The translations under genes and the position numbers were made by a program. Below the pieces are notes generated by a model. The model saw only the letters and a list, made by a program, of their open reading frames with translations, did no database searches and was not told the DNA's origin. Below, in pieces: positions 44,918-53,517 of a DNA stretch of 64,000 nt. This stretch comes from Paracoccus sp. (in: a-proteobacteria). Its GTDB lineage: Bacteria > Pseudomonadota > Alphaproteobacteria > Rhodobacterales > Rhodobacteraceae. Every line of letters begins with the position of its first letter. Position 1 is the first letter of the stretch. The stretch covers positions 72 through 64,071 of the forward strand of contig NZ_DATMFA010000022.1 in the NCBI RefSeq assembly GCF_035556475.1, read 5' to 3'.

Positions 44918-46276
44918 ATGACCCGCATCGTTTCCAGCTCTGCCCGGATGTCGCTGGGCCTGTTCCTGATGGGGGCGGGGCATCACATTGCGGCTTGGCG
45001 CCTGCCCGACGCACCGCCGGGCGCCGCGACCTCATTCGACCATTACCGCGAGATCGCGAAGGCTGCCGAGGCGGCGAAGTTCGACATGGTCTTTCTGGCC
45101 GACAGCGCCTCGATCCGCGAGTTCGGTCAATCCTCCATCGGATCGGACGAACGCGCCGTGCGGCTGGAGCCGCTGACGCTGCTTTCGGCGCTGAGTGTCG
45201 CGACGGATCGCATCGGCTTGGTCGCCACGGCCTCGACCACTTATAACGAGCCCTTCAACCTCGCGCGGCGCTTCGCCTCGCTCGACCTGCTGAGCGGCGG
45301 GCGCGCGGGCTGGAATCTGGTCACAACCTCGAATGCCGAGGACGGGCCGAACTATTCGCTCGACGCGCATCCGCCCCATGCCGAACGCTATGCCCGCGCC
45401 GAGGAGTTCGAGGAGGTTGTCCGCGGCCTTTGGCACAGTTGGCAGGGGGGCGACGCTTTCCCGATCGACAAGGCGGCCGGGCGGCTCTTCAACCCGGAGA
45501 ACCTCCACCCGCTCGCCCATCGTGGGCGTCATTTCAGCGTGCGGGGGCCGCTGGGGGTTCCGCCCTCGGCGCAGGGGCATCCGGTGATCGTGCAGGCCGG
45601 CGCCTCGGATGCGGGGCGCGAGATCGCGGCGCGCTCCGCCGAGGTGATCTTTGCCGCGCATCAGAATTTCGACGATGCTTTCCAGTTCTATCAGGACGTC
45701 AAGGGCAGGATGGCGCGATACGGCCGCGCGCCCGACAGCCTGCGCATCCTGCCCGGCGTCTCGCCCTATATCGGGCGCACGCGGGCCGAGGCGCAGGCGG
45801 CATTCGACGAATTGCAGGCACTGGTCACGCATGAGGTGGGGTTGAAACTGCTGCAACCCTTTGCCGGCGGGCTGGACCTGCGCGACCATGACCCGGACGG
45901 TCCGCTGCCCGATCTGCCGCCGACGAAGGACGCCATAGGCCGCCAGAAGCTGCTGGTCGATCTGGCGCGGCGCGAGAACCTGACCATCCGCGAGCTTTAC
46001 CTGCATATCGCGGGCGCGCGCGGCCATTGGCAACTGGTCGGCACCGCCTCGGATATTGCTGATGAGTTGGAGCATTATTTCAGGAACGGCGCGGCGGACG
46101 GGTTCAACATCATGCCGCCCGCGCTGCCGCGTTCGCTGGGGCCGATCAGCGAGCTTTTGCTGCCGGAACTGCGCCGGCGGGGGCTTTTCCGCGACGACTA
46201 TACCGGCAGCACCCTGCGCGAGCATTTGGACCTGCCGCGCCCCGATCTGCCCGCATTCCCGCAATCCGCCGCATGA
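44918..46276 (+). CDS. NtaA/DmoA/DszA-family FMNH2-dependent monooxygenase
   Basis: GHHIAAWR, FDMVFLAD, EPLTLLSAL, STTYNEPFNLARRFASLD, GHPVIVQAGAS, ADGFNIMP. Confidence 0.9.
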   Translation: MTRIVSSSARMSLGLFLMGAGHHIAAWRLPDAPPGAATSFDHYREIAKAAEAAKFDMVFLADSASIREFGQSSIGSDERAVRLEPLTLLSALSVATDRIGLVATASTTYNEPFNLARRFASLDLLSGGRAGWNLVTTSNAEDGPNYSLDAHPPHAERYARAEEFEEVVRGLWHSWQGGDAFPIDKAAGRLFNPENLHPLAHRGRHFSVRGPLGVPPSAQGHPVIVQAGASDAGREIAARSAEVIFAAHQNFDDAFQFYQDVKGRMARYGRAPDSLRILPGVSPYIGRTRAEAQAAFDELQALVTHEVGLKLLQPFAGGLDLRDHDPDGPLPDLPPTKDAIGRQKLLVDLARRENLTIRELYLHIAGARGHWQLVGTASDIADELEHYFRNGAADGFNIMPPALPRSLGPISELLLPELRRRGLFRDDYTGSTLREHLDLPRPDLPAFPQSAA

Positions 46277-46285
46277 GGACATGAG

Positions 46286-47647
46286 ATGAGCCGCAAAATC
46301 GCCCTCGGGGCCTTTCTCCATCCCTCCGGCCATCATGTCGCCGCGTGGCGCCACCCCGCTGCGCGGGCCGATGCGGGGATCAATATCCGCAACTATATCC
46401 GGCTGGCGCAACTGGCCGAGGCGGCAAGCTTCGATCTGGTGTTCCTGGCCGACCAGATCGCGGTGCCGTCGTCCAATCTGGACTATGCCAGCCGCACAAC
46501 TCGCGCGACCTATTTCGAGCCGTTGACCTTGATTGCGGCCATCGCGGCGGCGACCCAGCGGATCGGGCTGGTCGCGACGGTCTCGACCAGCTTCAACAGC
46601 CCCTACAACATGGCGCGCTATATCGCGTCGATCGACCATATCTCGGGCGGACGGGCAGGGTGGAACCTTGTCACCTCCGGCTCGGAACTGGAGGGTGAGA
46701 ATTTCGGCCTCGGCGACGATTACCGCCTTCATGCCAATCGCTACCGGCAGGCGGCCGAGTTTGCCGAAGTGGTCCGTGGCCTCTGGGACAGTTTCGAGGC
46801 TGGCGCGGTGGCGGATGACCGCGCCGCCGGGCGCTATCTGGATGAGGGGCGCGTCCATGCCCTGCACCATCGGGGCGAGCATTTCCGGGTGAAAGGGCCA
46901 TTGTCGCAGCCCCGTTCTCCGCAGGGCCAGCCGGTGCTGGTGCAGGCCGGTTCCTCGCCCGCCGGGCGCGATCTGGCGGCGCGCTCGGCCGAGCTGGTCT
47001 TTACCGCGCAGCCCACACTGGCGCAGGCGCAGGAATTCTATGCCGACGTCAAGGCCCGCGCGGTGGCATTCGGCCGCGCGCCCGAGGACATCCTGATCCT
47101 GCCCGGCGTCTTTCCGGTCGTCGGCCGGTCCGATGACGAGGCGCAGGAGAAATTCGCCACGCTGCAAAACCTCATCACCCCCGAGGTTGGGCGCGAATAC
47201 CTGTCGCTGCATCTTGGCGGCATCGACCTCTCCGGCCATTCCGACGACGATCCGGTTCCCGAGGTCGAGGTGGGCGAGCGTGGCCATGTCTCGCGCCCGC
47301 TGTTGCTGCTGCAAAAGGCCCGCAGCCGGAACCTGACGATCCGCGACCTTTATCTGGAAATCGCCGGCGCGCGCGGCCATTGGCAGATCGTCGGCACGCC
47401 CGAAACCATTGCCGATGAGCTTGAGGCCTATTTCACCCAAGGTGGCGCGGACGGCTTCAACATCATGCCGCCCTCACCCACCGGGCTCGACGATTTCATT
47501 GAGCTGGTCCTGCCCGAATTGCGCCGGCGCGGGCTGATCCGCGACCAATACGACGCCCATACCCTGCGCGGCCATCTTGGGCTGAAGATCCCGGCCAACC
47601 GCTTTGCTGCCGCGACCGCCCGGCCGCGCGAACAGGCTTTGGCCTGA
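46286..47647 (+). CDS. NtaA/DmoA/DszA-family FMNH2-dependent monooxygenase (tandem paralog)
   Basis: GHHVAAWRHP, FDLVFLAD, EPLTLIAAI, PQGQPVLVQAGSS, ADGFNIMP. Confidence 0.9.
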   Translation: MSRKIALGAFLHPSGHHVAAWRHPAARADAGINIRNYIRLAQLAEAASFDLVFLADQIAVPSSNLDYASRTTRATYFEPLTLIAAIAAATQRIGLVATVSTSFNSPYNMARYIASIDHISGGRAGWNLVTSGSELEGENFGLGDDYRLHANRYRQAAEFAEVVRGLWDSFEAGAVADDRAAGRYLDEGRVHALHHRGEHFRVKGPLSQPRSPQGQPVLVQAGSSPAGRDLAARSAELVFTAQPTLAQAQEFYADVKARAVAFGRAPEDILILPGVFPVVGRSDDEAQEKFATLQNLITPEVGREYLSLHLGGIDLSGHSDDDPVPEVEVGERGHVSRPLLLLQKARSRNLTIRDLYLEIAGARGHWQIVGTPETIADELEAYFTQGGADGFNIMPPSPTGLDDFIELVLPELRRRGLIRDQYDAHTLRGHLGLKIPANRFAAATARPREQALA

Positions 47648-47671
47648 ACCTTTCAACGACATGAGCATCCT

Positions 47672-48937
47672 ATGGCACAGTTTATCGAAGCCCTTCCCGT
47701 CAGCGCCCGCTATGAGGCTTTTGCCGCGAAGGCCCGGCCCTTTCTGGAGCAGGTTCGCGCCGAGGCGGTCGATCGCGAGGCCAAGCACCGGCTGCTGCAT
47801 CAGGAAGTTGCCGAAGCGATCCGGCTGGGCCTGACCCGGCTTCGCCTGCCCGAGGCGCAAGGCGGGGCAGGTTTCGATCTGGTCGAATTCTTCGCCGCCG
47901 TCATCGAACTGGGCGCGGCTGACCCGAACCTTGCCAATGCGCTGCGTGCCAATGCCGGGATCCTCGAGGATGCGCTGGCGCGGCCCGGCCTTGCATGGAG
48001 CCAGTTGGTCGCGGCCGAGATCGCCTCGGGCAAGCTGGTCGGCAGCGGTGCGTCCGAAATCGGCGGCGCCACCAACCGCAGCTATGAGACGGTGCTGCGC
48101 CCGGATGGCGGCGACTATCGCCTCAGCGGGCGGAAGTTCTATACCACCGGTTCGCTCTATGGCGACTATCTCAACACCTATGCCCTGACGCCCGAAGGCG
48201 CGACGGTCACGCTGATCGTGCCGACCAAGGCCGATGGCGTGACGATCCTTGACGACTGGGATGGCTTTGGCCAGCAATTGACCGCCTCGGGCACCGCGTT
48301 GCTGGAGGATGTGGTGATCCGCCGCGAATGGGTGCGCCCGACTGCGGATCGCTTCCCCCATGCGCATGGTTTCTTCCAGCTTTACCACATCGCGACCATG
48401 GCCGGGATCGCGCGCACCATCGCAGAGGAGGCGACCGATCAGGTGATTGCGCGCAACCGCAGCTATCCCGGCCGCTCGAATGCCGAGCGCAGTGCGGACG
48501 ATCCCCAGATCCAGCAGGTGCTGGGGCGGCTGGCCTCGGTCGCCTATGTCACGCGGGCCGCGACGCTTCAGGCCGCGCGCGGGTTGCAGGACGTCCATGA
48601 CCGCGGCCGGGACGAGGTCGACGCGGAGCGGTTGAACGAACTCAGCGCCATCGCCGAGCTGCATGTCAGCCAGACGGTCACGATCGTGACCGATCTCGTG
48701 CTCGAGGCGGCGACGGTGCTGTTCGACACGCTGGGCGCCTCGGCTGCAAAACGCTCGCACGGGCTGGACCGGCATTGGCGCAATGCCCGCACGCTGGCCT
48801 CGCATAATCCGCGCATCTTCCACGACCGGCTGATCGGGCGCTTTGCCGCCACCGGGGCGATCCCGGATTCCTTCGGACTGCAGGCGCGTCCCATCGCCGG
48901 GCCGGTGCCCGGTCGCCCGCAACTCGTCACTGCATGA
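47672..48937 (+). CDS. DszC/SfnB-like flavin-dependent monooxygenase
   Basis: LSGRKFYTTGSLY, DDWDGFGQQLTASG, GLDRHWRNARTLASHNP. Confidence 0.83.
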   Translation: MAQFIEALPVSARYEAFAAKARPFLEQVRAEAVDREAKHRLLHQEVAEAIRLGLTRLRLPEAQGGAGFDLVEFFAAVIELGAADPNLANALRANAGILEDALARPGLAWSQLVAAEIASGKLVGSGASEIGGATNRSYETVLRPDGGDYRLSGRKFYTTGSLYGDYLNTYALTPEGATVTLIVPTKADGVTILDDWDGFGQQLTASGTALLEDVVIRREWVRPTADRFPHAHGFFQLYHIATMAGIARTIAEEATDQVIARNRSYPGRSNAERSADDPQIQQVLGRLASVAYVTRAATLQAARGLQDVHDRGRDEVDAERLNELSAIAELHVSQTVTIVTDLVLEAATVLFDTLGASAAKRSHGLDRHWRNARTLASHNPRIFHDRLIGRFAATGAIPDSFGLQARPIAGPVPGRPQLVTA

Positions 48938-48944
48938 GGCCGCG

Positions 48945-50123
48945 ATGACCCTGCAATATGCCCCAGAGGCCGCCCGGACGACCCATCTGCCCGGTCCGGC
49001 CGATTTTCCCGACAGTCCGCTGTCCCGCGCCTTGCGCCAACCGACGCTGCTGGGCCTGTTCCTGCCGATTCAGGCCGGAGGCTGGACGGATTCCACGCTG
49101 CCCCGCAGCACCGACTGGCGCTTTGACTATAACCGCGATCTGGTGCTGGAGGCCGAGCGGCAAGGCTTCGATCTGGTCTTTGCGCTCAGCCAGTGGTTGC
49201 CGAAGGGTGGCTATGGCGAGGTGCTGAACGGTCAGGCGCTGGACAGTTTCATCACCACGGCGGCACTGGCGGCGGTGACGCAGCGGATCATGCTGATTTC
49301 CACGATCCATGTCCTCTATGGTCCGTGGCACCCGCTGCATCTGGCGAAATTCGGGGCGACGCTGGACCATATCAGCCGCGGACGCTGGGGCATCAATGTC
49401 GTGACCGGCCACCGCGCCGTCGAGCATGAGATGTTCGGTTGGACGAGGATCGAGCATGACCGGCGCTATGAGCTGGCCGCCGATTTCCTCGATGCGGTCG
49501 GCCAGCTTTGGGCCGCGGATGAAAACTATTCCCATGTCGGCGAGCGCTGGCAGATGAAGGATGCCTTCGTCACGCCGAAGCCGAATTTCGGGCGCCCGAT
49601 TCTGGTCAATGCCACCGGATCCGATGCCGGGCTGGATCTGGCGGCGCGCTATTCGGACATCGTTTTCGTGACCTCACCGGGCGGAGCGGACATCGCCTCG
49701 GCGCTGGAGACCTTGCCGGACCACACGGCCAAGGCCAAGGCGCGCGCCCGCGCCCAGGGGCGCGAAATCCGCACGCTGCTGAACCCGCTGATCGTGGCCC
49801 GCGATACCGAGGCCGAGGCGCTTGCCTATGCCGATGGCATCGTCGCGCATCACGGCGGGCGCAAGCCGATGGGCGCTGGCCGCTTCGACAGCGATGCGCA
49901 GGCCTGGAAAGGGCATATGGCGAAGAACGACCCCTATGCGAAGGTTGGCGGCAATATCTACCTGATCGGAACGCCCGAGCAGATCGTCGAGAATCTGGTC
50001 AGGCTGAAGGCAGCGGGCGTCGATGGCTTCCAGCTGTCCTTCTATGACTTCGCGCCCGACCTCGCCTATTTCGGCGACCGGATCCTGCCGCTGATGAAAG
50101 AGGCCGGATTGCGGCATGGCTAG
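48945..50123 (+). CDS. SfnG/SsuD-like luciferase-class monooxygenase
   Basis: GGW...TDW.FDYN, GPWHPLHLAK..ATLDHIS.GRWG.NVVTG, GTPEQIV. Confidence 0.8.
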   Translation: MTLQYAPEAARTTHLPGPADFPDSPLSRALRQPTLLGLFLPIQAGGWTDSTLPRSTDWRFDYNRDLVLEAERQGFDLVFALSQWLPKGGYGEVLNGQALDSFITTAALAAVTQRIMLISTIHVLYGPWHPLHLAKFGATLDHISRGRWGINVVTGHRAVEHEMFGWTRIEHDRRYELAADFLDAVGQLWAADENYSHVGERWQMKDAFVTPKPNFGRPILVNATGSDAGLDLAARYSDIVFVTSPGGADIASALETLPDHTAKAKARARAQGREIRTLLNPLIVARDTEAEALAYADGIVAHHGGRKPMGAGRFDSDAQAWKGHMAKNDPYAKVGGNIYLIGTPEQIVENLVRLKAAGVDGFQLSFYDFAPDLAYFGDRILPLMKEAGLRHG

Positions 50124-50218
50124 CCGCTTGTCCTGCCCGCAGGCGCGGCTTCAACGATCGCCGTGTTGAACGGCCGCACCGGGGCAATGGGGTCAGTCAG
50201 TATTTGATTTCCAAATTC

Positions 50219-50233
50219 TATCGGCCGCCGATA
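50219..50233. promoter_or_regulatory. Palindrome upstream of the CoA-transferase operon
   Basis: TATCGG-CCG-CCGATA. Confidence 0.3.
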
Positions 50234-50309
50234 TCATACCCGGCTATATTCCCCTGATCCCGCCGCCTGACCTAACCTGTCGGAAACCAGAACCAACAGG
50301 GGTAACGAC

Positions 50310-51512
50310 ATGGGCGCGTTGGACGGCATTACGGTACTCAGCTTCAACCATTTTCTCTCAGGACCGGCCGCGGCGCAGTTCCTTGGCGACATCGGCGCGG
50401 ATGTCATCGCGGTCGAGCCGCTGGGAGGGGCGTTCCAGCGCAACTGGGCCGTCGGCAACCGTTTCGTGGATGAAACCAGCGTCAATCACATGACGACCGG
50501 GCGCAACAAGCGCTCGATCGCGGTGGACCTGAAGTCGCCCGACGGGCTTGCCGCCGTGCGCCGCCTGATCGCGCGCGCCGATGTGGTGATGGAAAATTTC
50601 CGCCCCGGCACTCTGGAGAGGCTGGGCCTGTCCGAGGCCGCGATGCGCGCGATCAACCCGCGTCTGATCTATGCGGCGACCACCGGTTACGGCGGCGACG
50701 GCCCCTATCGCGACCGGCCCGGTCAGGACGTGCTGCTGCAGGCGATGTCCGGCCTTGCGGCCCATACCGGTAGTATGGAAAGCGGCCCGGTCGCCATCGG
50801 AACGGTTCCGATCGACCACCATGCCGCCGCGCTGACCGTGGCGGGGATCCTGGCCGCGCTCTACGAGCGTGAGCGGACCGGCGAGGGCAAGCGCATCGAA
50901 GTCAACATGCTGCAGGCTGCGCTGGACCTGCAGGGGGAATCGATCACCGCATGGATGAATGGCGCGGATCGCAGCGGTCCGCGTGGTCAGGCCGGAATGG
51001 CCAACTGGTTCAGCCCCGCGCCCTACGGAATTTACGCGGTCGCGGACGGTCATCTGATGATCTCGATGTCGAAACCCGCCGATCTGGCCGAGGCGCTGAA
51101 CCTGCCAGAATTGGCGGGGTTCAGCGAAAAAGACGGCTTCGACAGGCGGGCCGAGATTTCCACGCTGGTCGCGGGCGGCATGGCCGTGCTGACTGCGGCA
51201 GAGGCGCAGGAGCGCCTGGCGCAGGCCGGCGTCTGGCACGAATTGGTGCGCGATTACGACAGCCTTCGCGGCAACCCGCAGATCGAGCATCTGGGCGCCT
51301 TCATCGACGCCCGGACGCAGGGCGGCTCGCCCATGACGCTGCTGTCGCATCCGATCCGCTATGACGGCGCGCTGCCGGAGGTGCGGCTGACGCCGCAACC
51401 GCTGGGCGGCCAGACTCGTGAGATCCTGGCTGAGGTCGGGCTGAGCCAGGACGAAATCGACGCGCTGATCACCAGCGGGGCTGTCGCACAAACCGAAAAG
51501 ATGCGGGGCTGA
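50310..51512 (+). CDS. CaiB/BaiF family III CoA transferase
   Basis: GADVIAVEP, RNKRSIAVDLKS, ADVVMENFRPG, RPGQDVLLQAMSG with the catalytic Asp. Confidence 0.9.
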   Translation: MGALDGITVLSFNHFLSGPAAAQFLGDIGADVIAVEPLGGAFQRNWAVGNRFVDETSVNHMTTGRNKRSIAVDLKSPDGLAAVRRLIARADVVMENFRPGTLERLGLSEAAMRAINPRLIYAATTGYGGDGPYRDRPGQDVLLQAMSGLAAHTGSMESGPVAIGTVPIDHHAAALTVAGILAALYERERTGEGKRIEVNMLQAALDLQGESITAWMNGADRSGPRGQAGMANWFSPAPYGIYAVADGHLMISMSKPADLAEALNLPELAGFSEKDGFDRRAEISTLVAGGMAVLTAAEAQERLAQAGVWHELVRDYDSLRGNPQIEHLGAFIDARTQGGSPMTLLSHPIRYDGALPEVRLTPQPLGGQTREILAEVGLSQDEIDALITSGAVAQTEKMRG

Positions 51513-51513
51513 G

Positions 51514-52674
51514 ATGGATTTCGCGATTTCCGATGAAATGAAGATGGTGACCGAGGCGATCGGTCGCTTCGTGCGCGAAAAGGTCCAGCCGCTCGAGCAG
51601 GAGACCGAGGAGAACGCCCGCATTCCTGCCGACAAGCTGGCTGCGGTCCGGGCCGAGGCGCAGTCCCTGGGCTTCTATGCGCTGAACATGTCCGAAGAGG
51701 TCGGCGGCGGCGGCCTTGGCGTGCTCGACATGTGCCTTGTCGAGGAGCAGCTGGGCCAGACGTCGGATGCGCTGATCCGGCGCATCTTCGGGCAGGTTTA
51801 TCCGATGCTGGAACGCTTCGAGGGGCCGCTGCGCGACAAATACCTGTATCCGACCGTCAAGGGCGACAAGATCTGCGCCATGGCGATCACCGAGCCGGGT
51901 GCGGGTTCGGACGCGGCCGCGATCAAGACCAATGCCTGTCTGGACGGCGGCAAATGGGTGCTGAATGGCACCAAGCATTTCATCTCGGACGGGGACATCG
52001 CTGATTACGTCATCGTCATGGCGGTAACGGATGCCGAAAAGCGGGCGCGCGGCGGCATCAGCCTGCTGATCGTCGACAAGGACACGCCCGGCTTCAAGGT
52101 CACGCGCAGCCAGCCGATGATGGGCCATCGCGGCTATGGCCATGCCGAGCTGACATTCGACGATGTCCGCATCCCGAGGGAAAACGTGCTTGGTCCAGTG
52201 GGCGAGGGCTTCAAGGTGATGATGGCCAATGTCGGGGGCATTCGCCTCGGCCATATCGGGGCGCGCGCCGTGGGCATGGCCAGCCGCGTGGTCGAGCTGA
52301 TGCGCCAGTACGCCGCGACACGCCAGCAGTTCGGCCAGCCCATTGGTGACTTCCAGATGATCCAGCAGATGATCGCCGACAGCGCGATGGAGATCTTCGC
52401 CACCCGCATGATGGTGCTGAACACCGCGTGGGAGCAGGACCGGGGCATGGACCCGCGCGACAAGGTCAGCATGGTCAAGGTGCAGGCGTCGGAGATGCTC
52501 GGCCGCGTGGCCGACCGGGGCATTCAGGTCTTTGGCGGCTACGGCTTCACCAAGGAACTGCCGCTGGAGCGGATCTATCGCGATGCCCGCGTCACGCGGA
52601 TCTATGACGGCACCTCCGAGGTGCATCGCATGCTGATCGCCCGCTCGGTCATCAAGCGCGGCCTTGCCCTGTGA
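51514..52674 (+). CDS. Acyl-CoA dehydrogenase
   Basis: AITEPGAGSD, NGTKHFIS, RQQFGQPI, QVFGGYG, RIYDGTSEV. Confidence 0.92.
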   Translation: MDFAISDEMKMVTEAIGRFVREKVQPLEQETEENARIPADKLAAVRAEAQSLGFYALNMSEEVGGGGLGVLDMCLVEEQLGQTSDALIRRIFGQVYPMLERFEGPLRDKYLYPTVKGDKICAMAITEPGAGSDAAAIKTNACLDGGKWVLNGTKHFISDGDIADYVIVMAVTDAEKRARGGISLLIVDKDTPGFKVTRSQPMMGHRGYGHAELTFDDVRIPRENVLGPVGEGFKVMMANVGGIRLGHIGARAVGMASRVVELMRQYAATRQQFGQPIGDFQMIQQMIADSAMEIFATRMMVLNTAWEQDRGMDPRDKVSMVKVQASEMLGRVADRGIQVFGGYGFTKELPLERIYRDARVTRIYDGTSEVHRMLIARSVIKRGLAL

Positions 52675-52685
52675 AGGATCGGAAC

Positions 52686-53090
52686 ATGAGCGAACTTCCC
52701 GCCGTGGGTCAGTCGATGACCTTCCGCAAGACGATGACCGTGGCCGAGCAGGGCTTTTTCACCGGCATCTCGGGTAATATGGGCCGCGCCCATGTGGACC
52801 GCGCATTCGCGCGCAGTCAGGGCCAGCCCGACATGCTGGTCTTTGAACTTGCGGCAGCCGGCCTTTTCTCCACCGCTTTCAGCCGTCTCGCTGGTCCGGG
52901 CTTCCGCCTTGGCGGGATCGAGCTGCGCTTTGCCCGCGCCTTTCCCGTCGGCAGTTCGCTCGAGGCGACGGCGACGGTCGCCGAAAGCGCGGCGGATGGC
53001 GTCCGCTTCGACCTTTCCGCGACGCTCGACGGGATCGAGGTGATCACGGGCAAGGCGCGCCTCGTGCCGCTGGACGCATCCGATGTATGA
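52686..53090 (+). CDS. MaoC-like hot-dog protein with a degenerate hydratase motif
   Basis: SGNMGRAHVD in place of TGDxxPxH; LRFARAFPVG strand; possible GTG start at 52671. Confidence 0.65.
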   Translation: MSELPAVGQSMTFRKTMTVAEQGFFTGISGNMGRAHVDRAFARSQGQPDMLVFELAAAGLFSTAFSRLAGPGFRLGGIELRFARAFPVGSSLEATATVAESAADGVRFDLSATLDGIEVITGKARLVPLDASDV

Positions 53091-53517
53091 CATCCGCAAC
53101 ATCGACGAGTTTTCAGTCGGCGACCGGGTCAGCGTCGCCAAGACCGTGACCGAGGCCGATGGTGCGATGTATATCGCCGCGACCGGCGATTTCGGGCCGG
53201 TCCATGTGGATGAGGGCTATGCCTCGACCACGCGCTTTGGCGAGCGGCTGGCCCCCGGCATCCTTGTCGCGGGGATCTGCACCTCGGTCCTGACGGCTGA
53301 ACTGGTGGGCACGGTCGGCGTCTCGATCCGCGACTGTTTCTGGTTCACCGGCGCGGTCCGCTATGGCGACACGCTGACATTCGAGATCTGGATCTCGGCC
53401 ATCGACCCCGAGAACCGGACCGTCGACTGGCAGGCGAGTGCCCGGAACGAAGAGGGCGTCGAGGTGCTGAAGGCCGATGCCACACTCAAATTTCCAAGAA
53501 AGAAGGTCATCGCATGA
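53083..53517 (+). CDS. MaoC family (R)-specific enoyl-CoA hydratase
   Basis: ATGDFGPVHVD...TRFGERLAPG...FTGAVRYGDTL. Confidence 0.85.
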   Translation: MYDIRNIDEFSVGDRVSVAKTVTEADGAMYIAATGDFGPVHVDEGYASTTRFGERLAPGILVAGICTSVLTAELVGTVGVSIRDCFWFTGAVRYGDTLTFEIWISAIDPENRTVDWQASARNEEGVEVLKADATLKFPRKKVIA

